Origin: Hypanus sabinus | Lineage: Eukaryota | Assembly (NCBI RefSeq): GCF_030144855.1 | Contig: NC_082711.1 | Location: 104,036,001 to 104,100,000, forward strand | DNA length: 64,000 nt | Direction: 5' to 3' | Translations under genes and position numbers: made by a program | Shown here: positions 26,801 to 40,317 of the stretch, piece by piece | How positions within the stretch are numbered: position 1 is the first letter of the stretch | Layout: each line of letters opens with the position of its first letter | Notes under the pieces: generated by a model | Seen by the model: the letters and a program-made list of their open reading frames with translations, nothing else | Databases searched by the model: none | Told to the model about the DNA's origin: nothing

Positions 26801-27666
26801 ACGATAGCTGGAACCCAAACTAGAAAGGAAATAAGATGTGGCAAAATTGTTTCTGAAACTGAAAAAAACTGAATTTACAAGGGAGGTAGAAGAAACTTAT
26901 ACTCCTGGAAGATTGTTCTATTGGTGCAAGTTACTAATACCAAAATTGGAATGGTGGGCTCTAAAACTGATAAATTGATGAATGCTAATGAAAAGCTTGA
27001 GAAAACTGTATCTGTCATTCAAGAATCTTTGAGGAATTTGGAATTTCAATATCAAACTCTTAAAATGGATACTAATAAAATTGGAAGGCAACAGTAGACA
27101 ATACATCAAGTGATTAAAGAGAAGGAATTAACTTTCTCTACCATGGAAAAGAATATTGCTGAGGTTTTGTCAGAATTATCAAGAATTAAGAAGAAAACAG
27201 TCAATCTGGAAAGTAGAAGCTGTCTACTGGGTTTGCCTGAAAATATGGAAACTGGTGAGCCATTAGAGTTTTGTAGAGTATGTTATACTCACGTTTTAGT
27301 GAAACCTCTCCATTAATAGACAGGGCTCACCGAATCCCCCGCAACAAGCCATCGGTTGAGATGAAACCATGAGCGATGATTCTGTGTTTATGTTACTACA
27401 GAAGCAATTCTTCAAGATGCCAGGAAGTGGGGAAGTTAACTTACAATGGAGCGGAGTTTCGTTTAGTTGAAGATTTTGCCCTTGAAGTTTATGCAGAAAG
27501 AATTAAATATTGGGAAGTGATGGCAGAATTGTATAAGAAAAACCTTCGTCCATCGTTGCGCTATCCTGACTGATTGATAATTTTTCTGCCTAACGCTCGT
27601 CCTAAACATCTTGATTCTCCTGAGGAAGCTAGGAAGTTTCTCAACGAGTTTAAGTCTGTTGTGTAA
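26801..27666 (+). pseudogene. L1 ORF1 (coiled coil + RRM/CTD), disrupted
   Basis: Fragments MEKNIAEVLSELSRIKKKTVNLESRS..LLGLPENMETGEPLEF, IDRAHR and YNGAEFRLVEDFALEV..LYKKNLRPSLRYP match the L1 ORF1 pattern. Multiple stops and frameshifts. Confidence 0.85.
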
Positions 27667-28025
27667 GCAAATCTTTCATTGCCATTCTGCAAGCAACTCC
27701 AACACTTAATCCTTAGCTGACAATCGTGTGTAGTTGAATCGTTTAAATTTTAATCTATGTTCTATGTCTGTATAGTCATCACTTTGATTCTTGTATTTTT
27801 TCTTTAAGATTTGTATGAATTTAACATAAGTTGCAATATTTTATTTGTTTGAATCTATTTTTTCTGAATATATAATCAATTGAATTCAATCTTTAGTGGA
27901 GAATCATTTACAGCTCAGTCGTTAAAAGTTCAATTTACATTTTTTGTTAGTCCAAACATCATCTGGCAGTTTTTTTTCCTTCTGCTTTCTTTTAGGATCT
28001 CCAAGAGTTTAATATCAATCATATC

Positions 28026-28768
28026 TGTAGGCCCCTGGCAGGCCGTAGGCTCGCTCAGCTCACTTCCATCTAGGGGGAGCAGTCTTCGGCCCCGCCAAAC
28101 AGGATAATCAGCTTGTGTGGATGCTGTGTGATGTCCCCACCCCGCCAAATAACAGACAGGACACCATACGTGATTAAATGATTACACTTTATAGATATTA
28201 CTAGAACTAAGTGATTAATAACCATACAGTATATATGAAGGAAAAGAAAATAAAGAAAAGGCACCAACTTATCAAAGTCCAAACCACGTTGTGCACAACC
28301 GTTGGAGCTCAATTAATGAAGTCTTCTGGCCACCATTCGATCCCCTCCGTCCTCCTCGACTCGCAGCTCAGGACCATCTGAAGTGATCAACCAAGCACCC
28401 CTGGCATGTCTGTCTTCGTCTCCTCTCCTCACCGAAAACCTTGGCCTCGGACCCCTGCTTGGGGTCCACTCCATCACCCAGCTTACAGCATTGCATCCTC
28501 TCCCTCTCACCCCCTCACACTGACTCACCAAATGCCCGCCAACAATAGCTTACAGACCCAGAAGAGTGAATAACATCTATCCCAATTGGTTAACAAATGG
28601 ATACAATCCCCGTTATCAGCAACTCTAAAGCCAAGCAAACTGCCAGAGAAAGCACTTATCATAAGAAAGTATTCCTACTTTTAACAAAACAAAGAAGCCA
28701 TTTTGATTAACATACGCAGTAACAAAGAAAAAAGAATCCCCCTTACACCAATAAGAAACCCCCTTACA
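28026..28768 (-). mobile_element. Solo LTR (743 bp) inserted in the L1 ORF1-ORF2 spacer
   Basis: Termini TGTA...TACA with a 4-bp TSD TATC at 28022-28025 and 28769-28772, and a 21-bp terminal duplication (CCCCCTTACA twice). Orientation is tentative. Confidence 0.8.
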
Positions 28769-29216
28769 TATCATATTACTTGGTTATATTTTTTCATGAA
28801 TATGTTATCAAGGTTTATTTAAGATGACCGTGGTTAAACACATTTTAACCTCTCTGTTAGACATAATATTATAATATTTGGAATTTTTTCATTTTTTTTC
28901 TACACATCTGATGTTGTGTCTTGAGTCAGTGGTGTTAGTATATAACCTTTTTTTAAAAAAAAAGTGACTGCCTATTAGAGACAAAGGGTTCAGAGTGTGT
29001 AGTTAGCATGCTATTTACCTATTGGATGTTTTTTTGCTGGCTTTCGGGGGGGTGGGGCTATTAGCTTAGATTTTCTTGATTGCACAGTCTTGAGAGGTTT
29101 TCTTGTCAATCATGTTTTTTTTTCTTTCTGATTGAATCCATTCTGTTCCTCCCTACGGGTTTTGTTTGTCTCGGTGCACTAATTCTTTTTATAAATCCTT
29201 AAATTAAAGTCACAGT

Positions 29217-30887
29217 ATGGATGTTAATTAAAATTAATATAATTTCCTTGAATCTGAATGGCTTGAATCAACCTATTAAGCGTAGAAAGGTCTTTAAGAA
29301 ATTCAGAACATTTCAAGTCAATATTATTTTTGCACAAGAGATCCACACCCATAGAGAAGATGAAAATCTTTTTTTTAATTTTGGAAGGGTTCTCAGTATT
29401 ACTCTCTGTCAATTTCAAAAAAATAGTGGAGTGTCTATTTTTATTAATTCTAAAGTCTCTTTTATGCATTTTAATACTGTTACTGACTTAATTGTTACTG
29501 GTTTGTTATGTTGTCAACAGGTGGCACTGGCATTTGTGTACTCAGCTAATGTAGATAGTCCTGATATTTTTAAGAGGTTATTTTCTGCACTGCCAAATTT
29601 AAATGAATATAAGTTGATTGTGGGCAGTGACTTTAACTGCTGTCTCAGTCCCTCAATTGAAAGGTCATCAACCAATCTGTGCCTTCCTAATAAGGCTGCA
29701 TCCTGTATTAAATCCTTTTTACTAGAATACGGTGTGTTAGACATTCGGAAATTTCTACATCCTAAAGATAAAGATTTTTCCTTTTTTTCACATGTACATC
29801 ATTAATATTCAAGAATTGATTATGTGTTGTTGGATACGCGTTTAGTATCCTTTGTTGTTGAATGTGCTTGTGACGTTATTGCGCTGTCAGATCATGCGCC
29901 CATGAAACTTACACTAAAGCTTTCTGATAACATACGGAAGGCAGCTCAATGGAGATTTAATGCTGCATTGCTCCATGATTCAACATTTCTAAGTTTTATA
30001 AAAGAGCAAATCACTTTATGAGGGTATGTCAAAATTGGTTATTTGAGATATGATGAAACCTTTTCTTAGGGGACATGTAATTTCATATTCAGCAGCTTTA
30101 AGAAAGAAAACTAAAGCGGAGCTTTTAGTGATTACTAACAGGATTAAAGAAATAGATAAAGTTTATTCAGTATTACCTACTGAAGATTTATATAAGGAAA
30201 GAGTGAAACTTCAAATACAGCATGACTTGCTAATGGTTTATCACATTGAGCAGCAACTTTTGAAATTGAAAAGTCATTTTTATATACATGGAGATAAATC
30301 AGGTAAACCGTTAGCTGCCCAACTTCAAGCAACTTTGACTGGAAGGCAGATTTTGAAAGTACGAAGATCTGACAGAACTGAAACATCTGATTGTCACGAA
30401 ATTAATAAGGTTTTTTGTACTTTTACTCTAATCTTTATAAATCTGATTTTCCAGACAACGTCCCTTCCATGAATGAATTTCTGCAAAGATTGAATATACC
30501 CCAAATTTCTACCCAAGATATGATTACTTTAGATGCACCCATCAATCGAGAGGAAATAGTAAAAGTTATATCTTCTTTTCAATCTGGTAAATCTCCAGGA
30601 CTGGAGGGATTTACAGTAGAATTTTTTAAGATGTTAACGGATATTCTTACCCCTTGTCTATGCCAAATTTCCACTCAATCTATATCTTCTGGGACCTTCC
30701 TGAAAACTCTTTATGAGGTATTAATTTCACTAATTCCTAAAAAAGGAAAAGATTTATTTGAATGTGTCTCTTACAGGCCAATTTCTTTATTAAATGTTGA
30801 TTCAAAAATTCTTTCTAAGATTTTGTCCAACAGGCTAGAAAGTTAAAAATAATACAGGTTATTTCTAAGGATCAAACTGGATTTATT
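29217..30887 (+). pseudogene. Host L1 ORF2, 5' part (APE endonuclease to RT start), disrupted
   Basis: ISLNLNGLNQPIKRRKV, AQEIH, VGSDFNC, SDHAP, GKSPGLEGFTVEFFK, YRPISLLNVDSKILSKIL, ending ..DQTGFI at the nested L1 insertion site. Confidence 0.92.
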
Positions 30888-33800
30888 CATTTCATTTTCA
30901 ATCTTTTTTTATTGATTTTAAACAAAAAAGGATACAAAACAGAGAAGAAGTTATAGCAAACACAAAATGCAAAAATTTACAAACAACAAAAGGGATATAT
31001 ACTGTCAAAGTCATATAAATAAAATATTAAGCTATTGTATATAAACAAGAAAACACAACTCCTGTTAGCAAATCATGGAAAAAAATGACTGGAAATTTTT
31101 ATAATAAAGAGAAAAAAACCCTGCTAAACTAACCTAAAACAAAAAGAGAGCCTGGGCAGTCCATTTGAGACTAAAATTAGAAAAGAAAAAAAAAAAACAT
31201 CCTTCTGGTCAGATATGAACCTTTGCAGATAAAGAGGTACAAAAAGAGAAAAAAAGAAAAAAATTACCTGAAGAGATTTTTAAACATTAAATCATATGAA
31301 AATATTGAATAAAAGGTCACCAGGCTTGCTCAAGATTAAAAGATGTGTCAAACATCCAGCTTCTAATTGTCTCCAAACTTAAGCAGGACATAATGGAGAA
31401 GAGCCAATGAGAATCAGTAGAAGGATTAGAGTCTTTCCAGTATAAAAAGATAGCTCTCCTAGCCAGTAAAATTGAAAAGGCTATCACATGTTGAGCGGAA
31501 GTAGGAACACTTCCTGTTTCCTCGGGAATAGTACCAAAGTTTGCCATAGGTGAATTGTAAGTACACACCTATGACTCTCGATAACGTTCTAAAAACATCC
31601 CTTCAAAATTTGTTTAACTTTGCACTGGTCCAAAACATACGAGTTAAAGTAGGCACCTCAGCATTGCATCTGTCACAGGTGGGGCTTATATTAGAGAAAA
31701 TATGCACTAGTTTATCTTTTGATGTACGTGCCCTGTGTACTATCTTAAACTGAATTAGGGAATGATGTGCACAGATAGATGAATTATTAACTAGATAATA
31801 TATTTTACTCCATTGATCGTCTGAAAGTGAATGCTGAAGTTTCATTTCCCAAGCACTTTTCACCTTATCATTAGGCATCATACATGCATTCATTAACTGT
31901 TTATATATAATGGCTATCAATCGTTTTTGAAGTGGTTTAAGCTGAAAAATAGCATGTTTCATATTTGGTAAATGAACGAATGGATAATTCGGTAAAAAAA
32001 ATCACAAAAAGAATTCCTAACTCATAAGTATTTTAAAAAATGTGCATTAGATATATCATATTTATCCACTAACTGTGAAAAAGACATTAAATAATCCTCT
32101 AAAAACAAATCTAAAAACGTTTTTACTCCCCTGGTTTTCCATATTAAAAAAGCCTTATGCAGAGTTGATGGTTTAAAGAAAAAGTTAAAATGGATATTAC
32201 TAGAGAGTACAAAGTTATTTAATTCAAAAAATCTACGAAACTGAAACCAAATTTTTCAAGTATGTTTAACAATAGGACTAAGATCTTGTCTACCTGTCCT
32301 GGAGAACAAAAAAGGAAGAGGAGCTCCTAATAAAGAAGCCAGAGAAATCCCCCTTACTGAATTCTCCTCCAAATGTAACCATGAAGGACAGTCCTGGTTA
32401 TCTATACCATGAATCCAGAAGGTGATATAATGAATATTAATTGCCCAATAATAAAATCTAAAGTTTGGTAGCACCAGTCCTCCACTTTTTTTTGATTTTT
32501 GCAATAGAGATTTATTCACTCTGGAGCTTTTATTATTCCAAATATATGACAAGATCATGGAATCTATTCCATCAAAAATTTTTCAGAGCAAAAGATGGAA
32601 CCGCTTGAAAAGTATATAAAATTTTTGGAAAAATAAACTTTTTATAGCATTTATTTGACCAATTCATGACATCCACATAGGCGAACTTAGAGAGAGTTTG
32701 TTGTGTATATTCAAATAGAGGAAAGAAATTATTCTTACATAGGTCTTTAAAATTTTTAGTAATTTTAATACCAACATAAGTAAAATAGTTTTAGCAATAT
32801 TAAAAGGTATTTGTTCATAATAATCAGAGTAATTATTAATCGGAAATAATTCACTTTTATGTAAATTTAGTTTATATCCAGAGAAAATACTAAATTCAGT
32901 AAATATAGATAACATAAAGGGAATAGATTTCCTATCATCTGAAACGTAAACTTATAAATCATCCGCCTATAGCAAAACCTTATGTAGTTTATCCTCTCTT
33001 AATACCCTGCACAGAATTAGAATCCCTAAGAGCAATAGCATGTGGTTCTAAAACCAAATTAAATAATAAAGAACTGAGATGACAACCCTGATGGGTTCCT
33101 CTATATAGTCTAAGGAGACTTTTGATTATTAGTTATAATTGCAGCCACAGGGGCTTGATAAATCAGTTTAATCCAGGAAATAAATCCTGGACCTAAATTA
33201 AACCTCTTCAAAACCTGAAACAGATAAGGCCACTCCACCCTGTCAAAAGCTTTCTCTGCATCCAGAGACACAATACATTCAGATTCTTTAACTGAGGGGG
33301 AATAAATGATATTTAACACTTTGAATATTAAAATTTGAGTACCTATTTTTAATAAATCCAGTTTGATCATTTTAGATAACAGTAGGCAAACCATTCACAA
33401 ATCTATTAGCTAAAATCTTAGAGAGAATTTTAAAATCTACATTCAGTAAGGAGATAGGTCTATAGGATGCACATTCTGATAAATCTGTTCCTTTTCTAGG
33501 AATCAATGAAATTAATGCCTCATAAAAAGTTTTTGGAAGATTCCCAGAGGATATAGAATCAGTAAAAGTTTGACAAAGATGTGGTATAATCATGTCATTG
33601 AAAGTCTTATAAAATTCCATCGTATAACCATTTGGTCCTGGAGCTTTCCCTAATTGCATAGAGGATAAAGCTTTGGCTATTTCCTTTTGTTTAATAGGTG
33701 CATGTAATATATTAATATCTTGAGTTGTAATTTTAGGTATATTTAACTTTTGCAAAAATTTATTCATAATAAATGTATTGTCAGATTTCAGATTTATAAA

Positions 33801-36800
33801 GATTGGAGCAAAAATCCATAAATATCTTATTAATTTCATAAGGATCTAACTTTTCAGTTCTATCTAGTCTACGTATTTTCAAAATCTGACTTCTGACCTT
33901 GCCTGCCTTTAACTGACCAGTCAAAGGTTTATCTGACCTATCTCCATGTATATAAAATAAACTTCTAGATTCAAAAATTTGCTGTTCGATGGGAGGGGTT
34001 AGAAGCAAATCATATTGTGTTTGAAGTTCAACCCTTTCCTTATATAGATCTTCAGTAGCTTTTACTGAATAGCTTTATCTATCTCTCTAATTTTATTAGT
34101 AAGCACTGACAATTCTGCTTTAGTTTTCTTTCTTAAAGCTGCTGAATATGAAATTATCTGTCCCCTAAGAAAAGATTTCATTGTATCCCATATAACCAAG
34201 TTTGACATTCCTTCAGTAGTATTAAATTCAAAAAGTATAGAAATTTGCTCCTTAATAAAACTAACAAAGGTGGGATCCTGTAACAATACAGGATTCAATC
34301 TCCACTGTGACATTTTCAAAAAACTATCAGAGAGCTTCAGGGTTAATTTCAGAAACGCGTGATCCAACAACCCAATGACATCATCCGCACACTCAACAAC
34401 AGAGTATAGCAAGCATGTGTCTAGAAAAATGTAATCAATTCTAGAGTATTTATGATAAACGTGTGAAAAAAATGAAATACCTTTGTCATTAGGGTGTTTA
34501 TACCTCCAGATATTAACCAGGTCATATTCTAGTAGAAAAGAATTAATACAAGCTGCCACTTTATTAGGAAGCAACGGATTGGTTGATGATCTGTCAATCG
34601 CTGGATTCAGACAGCAATTAATGTCACCACCCATGATCAGCTTATATTCATTCAGATTCGATAGCTCAGAAAAAAAGCTTCTTAAAAAATTCAGGACTGT
34701 CTAAATTAGGTGTGTGTACACACACCAAAGCTACCTTTTGATTGCATAATAAACCAGTAACAATTAAATATCTTCTAATCGAATCAGTAATAGTATTAAA
34801 ATGTACAAAAGGGATTTTAGAGTTAACAAAAATAGATACCTCTAACTTTATTAGTCAATAAAGAATGAAATGAAGTGCCTTTCCAAAATTTGAAAAACTG
34901 GTCCTCATCCCATCTCCGTATAAGATTTTCTTGTGAAAAAATAATATCTGCATTGTGTTTTTAATTTCTTAAAAATATTTTTATGCTTAATAGGATGATT
35001 CACAGCATTCAGATTTCAAGAGATTATATTAATTTTATTAACATCCATGCTTAAGATTTAATTTAATATTTTATAAAGAAAATTATTCCTCAAGCACACA
35101 TTAATCCAAAAGGAACAGATATGACTAGAAGGGATGACATATTTGAGAGAAAATGTCCATTAAAAGAACCACCCAATCGAGAAAGAAACCTATTCTTATA
35201 GCCCCCCCCCCCCCGCAAAGCCAGAGAAACAGCAACCAATAGGGTGATCGCATGCTAAGCTAATTACCCTTAACCCTATCCATTTTCCAGCTACGTATAT
35301 TAAAATTGAAATATTCACCCCACCCATTTTCTCCATAATAAAAGAGACTAACAACTTTCAAATACTGCAATGTTAAGTCTAAGAATAATAAAAATGTAAC
35401 TAGCGACGGCCATCTTAAATTCATCTATAGTATATTAATCATGTACTCAGAGAAAAGTAAATCCATGCAAATGAAGTTCTTTCTTTCAAAAAAAACTTAC
35501 AAGTCATACAAAAAAACATATCAAACCTAAAACTATATTAATATTAAGACAAGTAAAGAATAGAAAAAGTAATTCAAGACAGATCCTATATGGATCTCTA
35601 TAATATGATACTGTAAAGGTTCCCTACAAAGCAATTATGAATATTTACTAATTATTAACAAATAAAGAGAAAAATTAAGCCAGCCAAGTCCCATATGGAT
35701 ATTCAAAAAGCATAGAATAGACTTTGCTTAGGGCATCTATAAACATCTCATACATCAGAATTACCTATTCAGGTAACACTCAGCTTAACTTTGAGATTTT
35801 TAATATACTCACAGCCTTCATCAGAGGAGTAGATCCTCTGTGGCTGAGAATCAGCCGGGAAGATTATCAGTCGTGTTGGATACCAAAGGGATGGATGTAG
35901 ATTTTTCTTATACATTTCGTTCATGACTTCCTGGTATTTTCTTCTTTCGACAAAAATTTCAGGAGGAAAATCTTCGACTAATCGAATTTCTGTTGATTTT
36001 AAAGATTATCTTTCACTTACTTCTGGCCTCTTGAATTATGGCTTCTTTAGTTGTATAATAATGCAAACAAAGTACGATTAGCCGAGGGTGTAATTCAGAT
36101 GAACGCCAAAATCTTGTAACTCTGTGGACTCTATCGAGTAAAGGGTTTGCTTCAAGAGTCTCACTAAAAAGTGAGTACAGCATATCTGAGAAGAACTTTA
36201 ACCAGGTTCAGTACTTTCAGGCAATCCTAGTATACGCAAATTCCTCTGACATGCTCTCCTGTCTAAATCAATCATTTTTTTCTTCATTTTTGATAGTTCC
36301 AAAGTAAGTTCATTAATTTTATTTTCCATCGAAGTCATCTTCACTTCTTGTTCTTTAATAGTTTGCCTGAATTGTTTGTGTTCATTTTCAATTCGATGTG
36401 TAGTCTGCTTGAGCATCTGAAATTGAAAGTCCAAATTATTAAAGATTCTTGGACATTAAAAATAGATTTTTCAAGCTTCCCATTGGTATCCGTCAGCTAA
36501 TCAATCTTAATACTGAGCGATCCAAGTTGAAACTTCATATCTTGTATTGAAGAAACTATTCCTGCTAAAGTAACAGGTTCATCTGGTTTCTTTATTTGTT
36601 CAGTTTGTTCCGTTCCAAGAAAAGTCTTGCCACTTCTCAATTCAATACCAGATTGACTTCCAGCCATCATAATTAAATCATAAATCCTTCAACAAAACTA
36701 ATAAATCATCAGGCTTAAAAGGAGTCTGTCAGTGGGATATAAAATATATTTTTAAAAAGTGAAGCCACTATAAAGCACGTCTCACTCCATGCACTGCAAA

Positions 36801-36807
36801 ATGGAGT
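30888..36807 (-). mobile_element. Full-length-sized L1 (5,920 bp) inserted antisense into the host L1 RT; degenerate ORF1 (~36670-35785) and ORF2 (~35048-31314)
   Basis: An 11-bp TSD CTGGATTTATT lies at 30877-30887 and 36808-36818. The minus strand shows ORF1 (QRNLRILGLPESTEPG), EN (MGGDINCC, SRIDYIF), RT ([12 protein letters not shown]), the C-terminal CDRC..MFW region and an A-rich tail. Confidence 0.95.
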
Positions 36808-38904
36808 CTGGATTTATTAAGAATAGATATTTATATTTTAATATTTGGAGATTACTGAATATCATTTATTCCTCTCCATCGAAAGAACTTGAATGTGTTG
36901 TTTCTTGATGCAGAGAAAGCCTTTGATAGGGTAGAATGGCCCTATTTATTTCAGGTTTTAGAAAGCTTTAATTTTGGTCCATGCTTAATTTCTTGGATTA
37001 AATTGATTTATTAAGCCCCTTAGGCAGTCGATTATTATTTTTGATAACTAATAGTCAAAAATCTTCTTATTTTAGGTTATATAGAGGTGCCATTTAGTGT
37101 TGCCCTCTTAGTCCATTGTTAATTAATCTTGCTCGAGAACCTCTTGCTATTGCTCTTCAGGACTCCAATGAGGTTTTAGGTATTAAGAGCAGAGATAAAG
37201 TGTATAAGGTTTCATTGTACACAGATGACTTGTTAGTTTATATTTCAGATCCTAAGAAATTGATTCCTGCTTTGTTATCTATATTTTCTGAATTTAGTAG
37301 TTTTTCTGGATATAAATTAAATTTGCATAAAAGTGAGTTATTTCCTATTAACAATTATTTTGATCAATTTGACCAATTTCCTTTTAGTATTGCTATAAAT
37401 AACTTTACTTAACTCGGTATTAAAATTACCAAAAAATTTGATGATCTGTATAAATATCTTTCTTCCATTAATTGAGTATACGCAGCAAGTAATTTCTAAA
37501 TGGTCTCCTATGACATTATCATTACTTAGCCATATTAATGCTATTAAAATGATAGTGTTACTGAAGTTTTTATATGTATTCCAAGCAATCCTCTCTTTTG
37601 TTTCTAAACTGTTTTTGATAGAATAGACACTAAATTTTATCTTTTATTTGGAATAATAAAAATCCTAGATTGAGTTAACTTTTATTGCAGAAATTAAAAA
37701 TGTATGGTGGTATGGCTTTGCCAAATTATAGATTGTACTACTGGGCAATTAACATTCGTTATATCACTTTTTGGATTCATTTTTCAGATATACATGACTG
37801 TCCCTCATGGGTGGATTTGGAGAAAAACTCGGTGAAGGGATGTCCTTTGCCTCTTTATTAGGAGCTCCTCTTCTGTTTTTGCTTTCTAAGATTGGTAGTC
37901 AAGATTTTAATCCTATTATTAAACATACATTAAGGATTTGGTTTCAGTTTCATAGATCCTTTGACTTTAATAACTTTGTTCTTTCTAGTAAAATCTATCT
38001 TAATTATTTTTTAAACCTTCAATTTTTGATCTGACCTTTTCAATTTGGAAAACCAAAGGAATCATAACTTTTTTAGATTTGTTCATGCGTAATTGCTTAA
38101 TGTCTTTCACTCAGTTATTGGATAAATATGACCTATCTAATGTACTGTTGTAGATATTTTCAAATTGGGAATTTTCTACATAATTTACTGCCAGGTTTTC
38201 CCTTGGCTTATTCACCCAATATTATTGATACTCTTTTTCAGGTCAAACTGTTTCAAAAAGGACTGATAGCTATAATTTATAAATGGTTACTGAATTTGCA
38301 TATGTTATCTGAAGATAAAATTAAAGCTGCATGGGAAATGGAGTTTCGAAAGTCACTTTTAGATCATCAATGGGATAGAATTTTTCATTTGGTAATATAC
38401 CTCTTTTATTTGCGCCCATCACTCCTTGATACAGGTCAAGGTAGTGCATCGGGCGCATATGTCAAAGGACAAATTAGCCCATATTTTTTTCTAATATTAA
38501 TCCTATTTGTCATAGAAGTAATATTGAGCTGGCTACTTTAACACATATGTTCTGGTCTTGTATCAAGTTAGATAACTTTTGGAAAGAAGTCTTTAAAACT
38601 TTATCAAAGGTTCTACATTTTGATTCTACAACTGAATTTATTTACAGCGATTTTTGGAATCATTCCATCAGAAGCAGGAGATATTCCTGATTCCGCTCAA
38701 TAGATGATAGGTTTTACAACTTTATTGGCCAGGAGAGTAATTTTGATTAAATGGAAAGATCCTAATCCACCTACTGTTATATATTGGCTTACCTCCATTA
38801 TACCCTGTTTAAATTTAGAGAAAATAAGAAGTCATTCATTTGATACATTCTCTAAATTTGAGGAAACTTGGCAATGTTTTATTCAATATTTTCATATGCT
38901 CTGA
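36808..38904 (+). pseudogene. Host L1 ORF2, 3' part (RT and C-terminal Cys-rich region), disrupted
   Basis: It resumes [27 protein letters not shown], then LYTDDLL, FSGYKLNLHKSE and LLARRVILIKWKDPNPP. Confidence 0.92.
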
Positions 38905-39290
38905 CTTATGGCCCTTCCAGTTACCTTTTTGAAATTTTGGATTTGATCGGAAAGTTTCTCCTTGTTTTGTTTTTGCCTTCACTCTCAGTTTGAACTGCCC
39001 AGTTCCTTTTTCTTTTTTTTTTGTTTCTTTTTGTGTTTTGGGGTTTTTCCTGTACATTTCAATTAGAAAAGTTTCTTTATCTTTGTTTCTTTTTATGGAT
39101 AAGAGGAGAATCAAATAACTTTCTCTTTATTATATACTATTATAGTAATACAATGTTTGATCTTGATAATGTTTATTTTTCCTTTTATTCAAACTTTTAT
39201 TGGTATAGTTATTTGTGATTAATTCTCCTCTTGTTTATATATATATATATATATTTACTTAACTAATGAAAAGATTGATAAAGGAAAATA

Positions 39291-39690
39291 GCAAGCACCT
39301 CCTCCTCTTCAATCTGTATAGGTTCCATGACTTCACCATTTGTTTGTCTTGTTTCCATTGACTCCATGCCAGTTTCCTTTATAAATATAGTCACAAAAAA
39401 AACATTTAAGATCTCCCCCATTTCTTTTGGTTCCATACATAGCCGACCACTCTGATCTTCAAGAGGACAAATTTTATCCCTTACTATCCTTCTGCTCTTA
39501 GTACACCTGTAAAAGCTCTTTGGATTATCCTTCTCCTAAAGCAACCTCATGTCTTCTTTTAGCCCTCCTGATTTCTTTCCTAAGTATCTTTTTGCATATT
39601 TTATACACCTCAAGAACCTTATTAGCTCCCTGTTTCCTATACATGTCATATGTCTCTCTACTTCTTCTTTATCAGAGTTCCAATATCAGA
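39291..39690 (-). mobile_element. CR1 LINE internal fragment (EN-RT linker)
   Basis: Similar to the linker regions of the other CR1 copies in the window. Both ends are truncated. Confidence 0.6.
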
Positions 39691-40317
39691 AGCAAGCATT
39701 GTCTTCTGGAGACTTTCAAGCAGCAGTGGGTTCCACAAAGGCCGGGTCCATCCTGGGCATGGGACAAATGCTTTAATCAAGCTTTAATTTAAAAAAAGAT
39801 GGGGAGAATATTGGGTGTAAAGCTAATCCCAGCTCATATCCCCCCACCCATTTAACCCTTCACTCATCTTCAGTTCAGCCTGTTGCTGCTAGAAGAAGTT
39901 TCTACATGTGCTGTCCCTTCTTTCCAAAAAATTGCCCATGATCATCTACAAACTCTCCATTAAGTATTGTTTATGGCTCTGTATGCTGGGAATTCTCTCA
40001 GTTCCATGTTTTATGTCACTCCTGTGAGTGGTCCTGAATCTGGTGCAAGAGCAGTAACCATGGGACTGTGACGGGCACAGACCTAGACTGGAACTGTGTG
40101 CAGTGTTCCAGAGTGAACCTGACACTGGAGATCCTGGGTCACAAAACTTCTCCCCCATTCATCAGCTCACAGATCAGGGTGATCAGGATGTCAATTCCCA
40201 TCTTTTGACATGGCACATTCAGAGAGGGGAAACAAGGCAGAGTGGGGAGTAAGTTGTAGTGATGGGCAGTAATTTGGGATGACAGATTCAGCCTTCACTC
40301 AAGGGCAGCACTCCAAG

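Larger units (their letters stand above)
25789..39290 (+). mobile_element. L1-clade LINE (host copy, ~5.9 kb net) interrupted by three insertions; degenerate
   Basis: The 5' UTR piece GAAGGATTTATGATT (25852) resumes as TTAATTACGATAGCTGG (26795), matching the 5' region of the nested L1. ORF1, ORF2 EN, RT and C-terminal Cys region lie in order, followed by an A-rich 3' end at ~39265-39290. Confidence 0.9.

Noticed and set aside
39236-39254. (AT)n microsatellite
   Set aside because: It is a short, ordinary tract in the L1 3' UTR.
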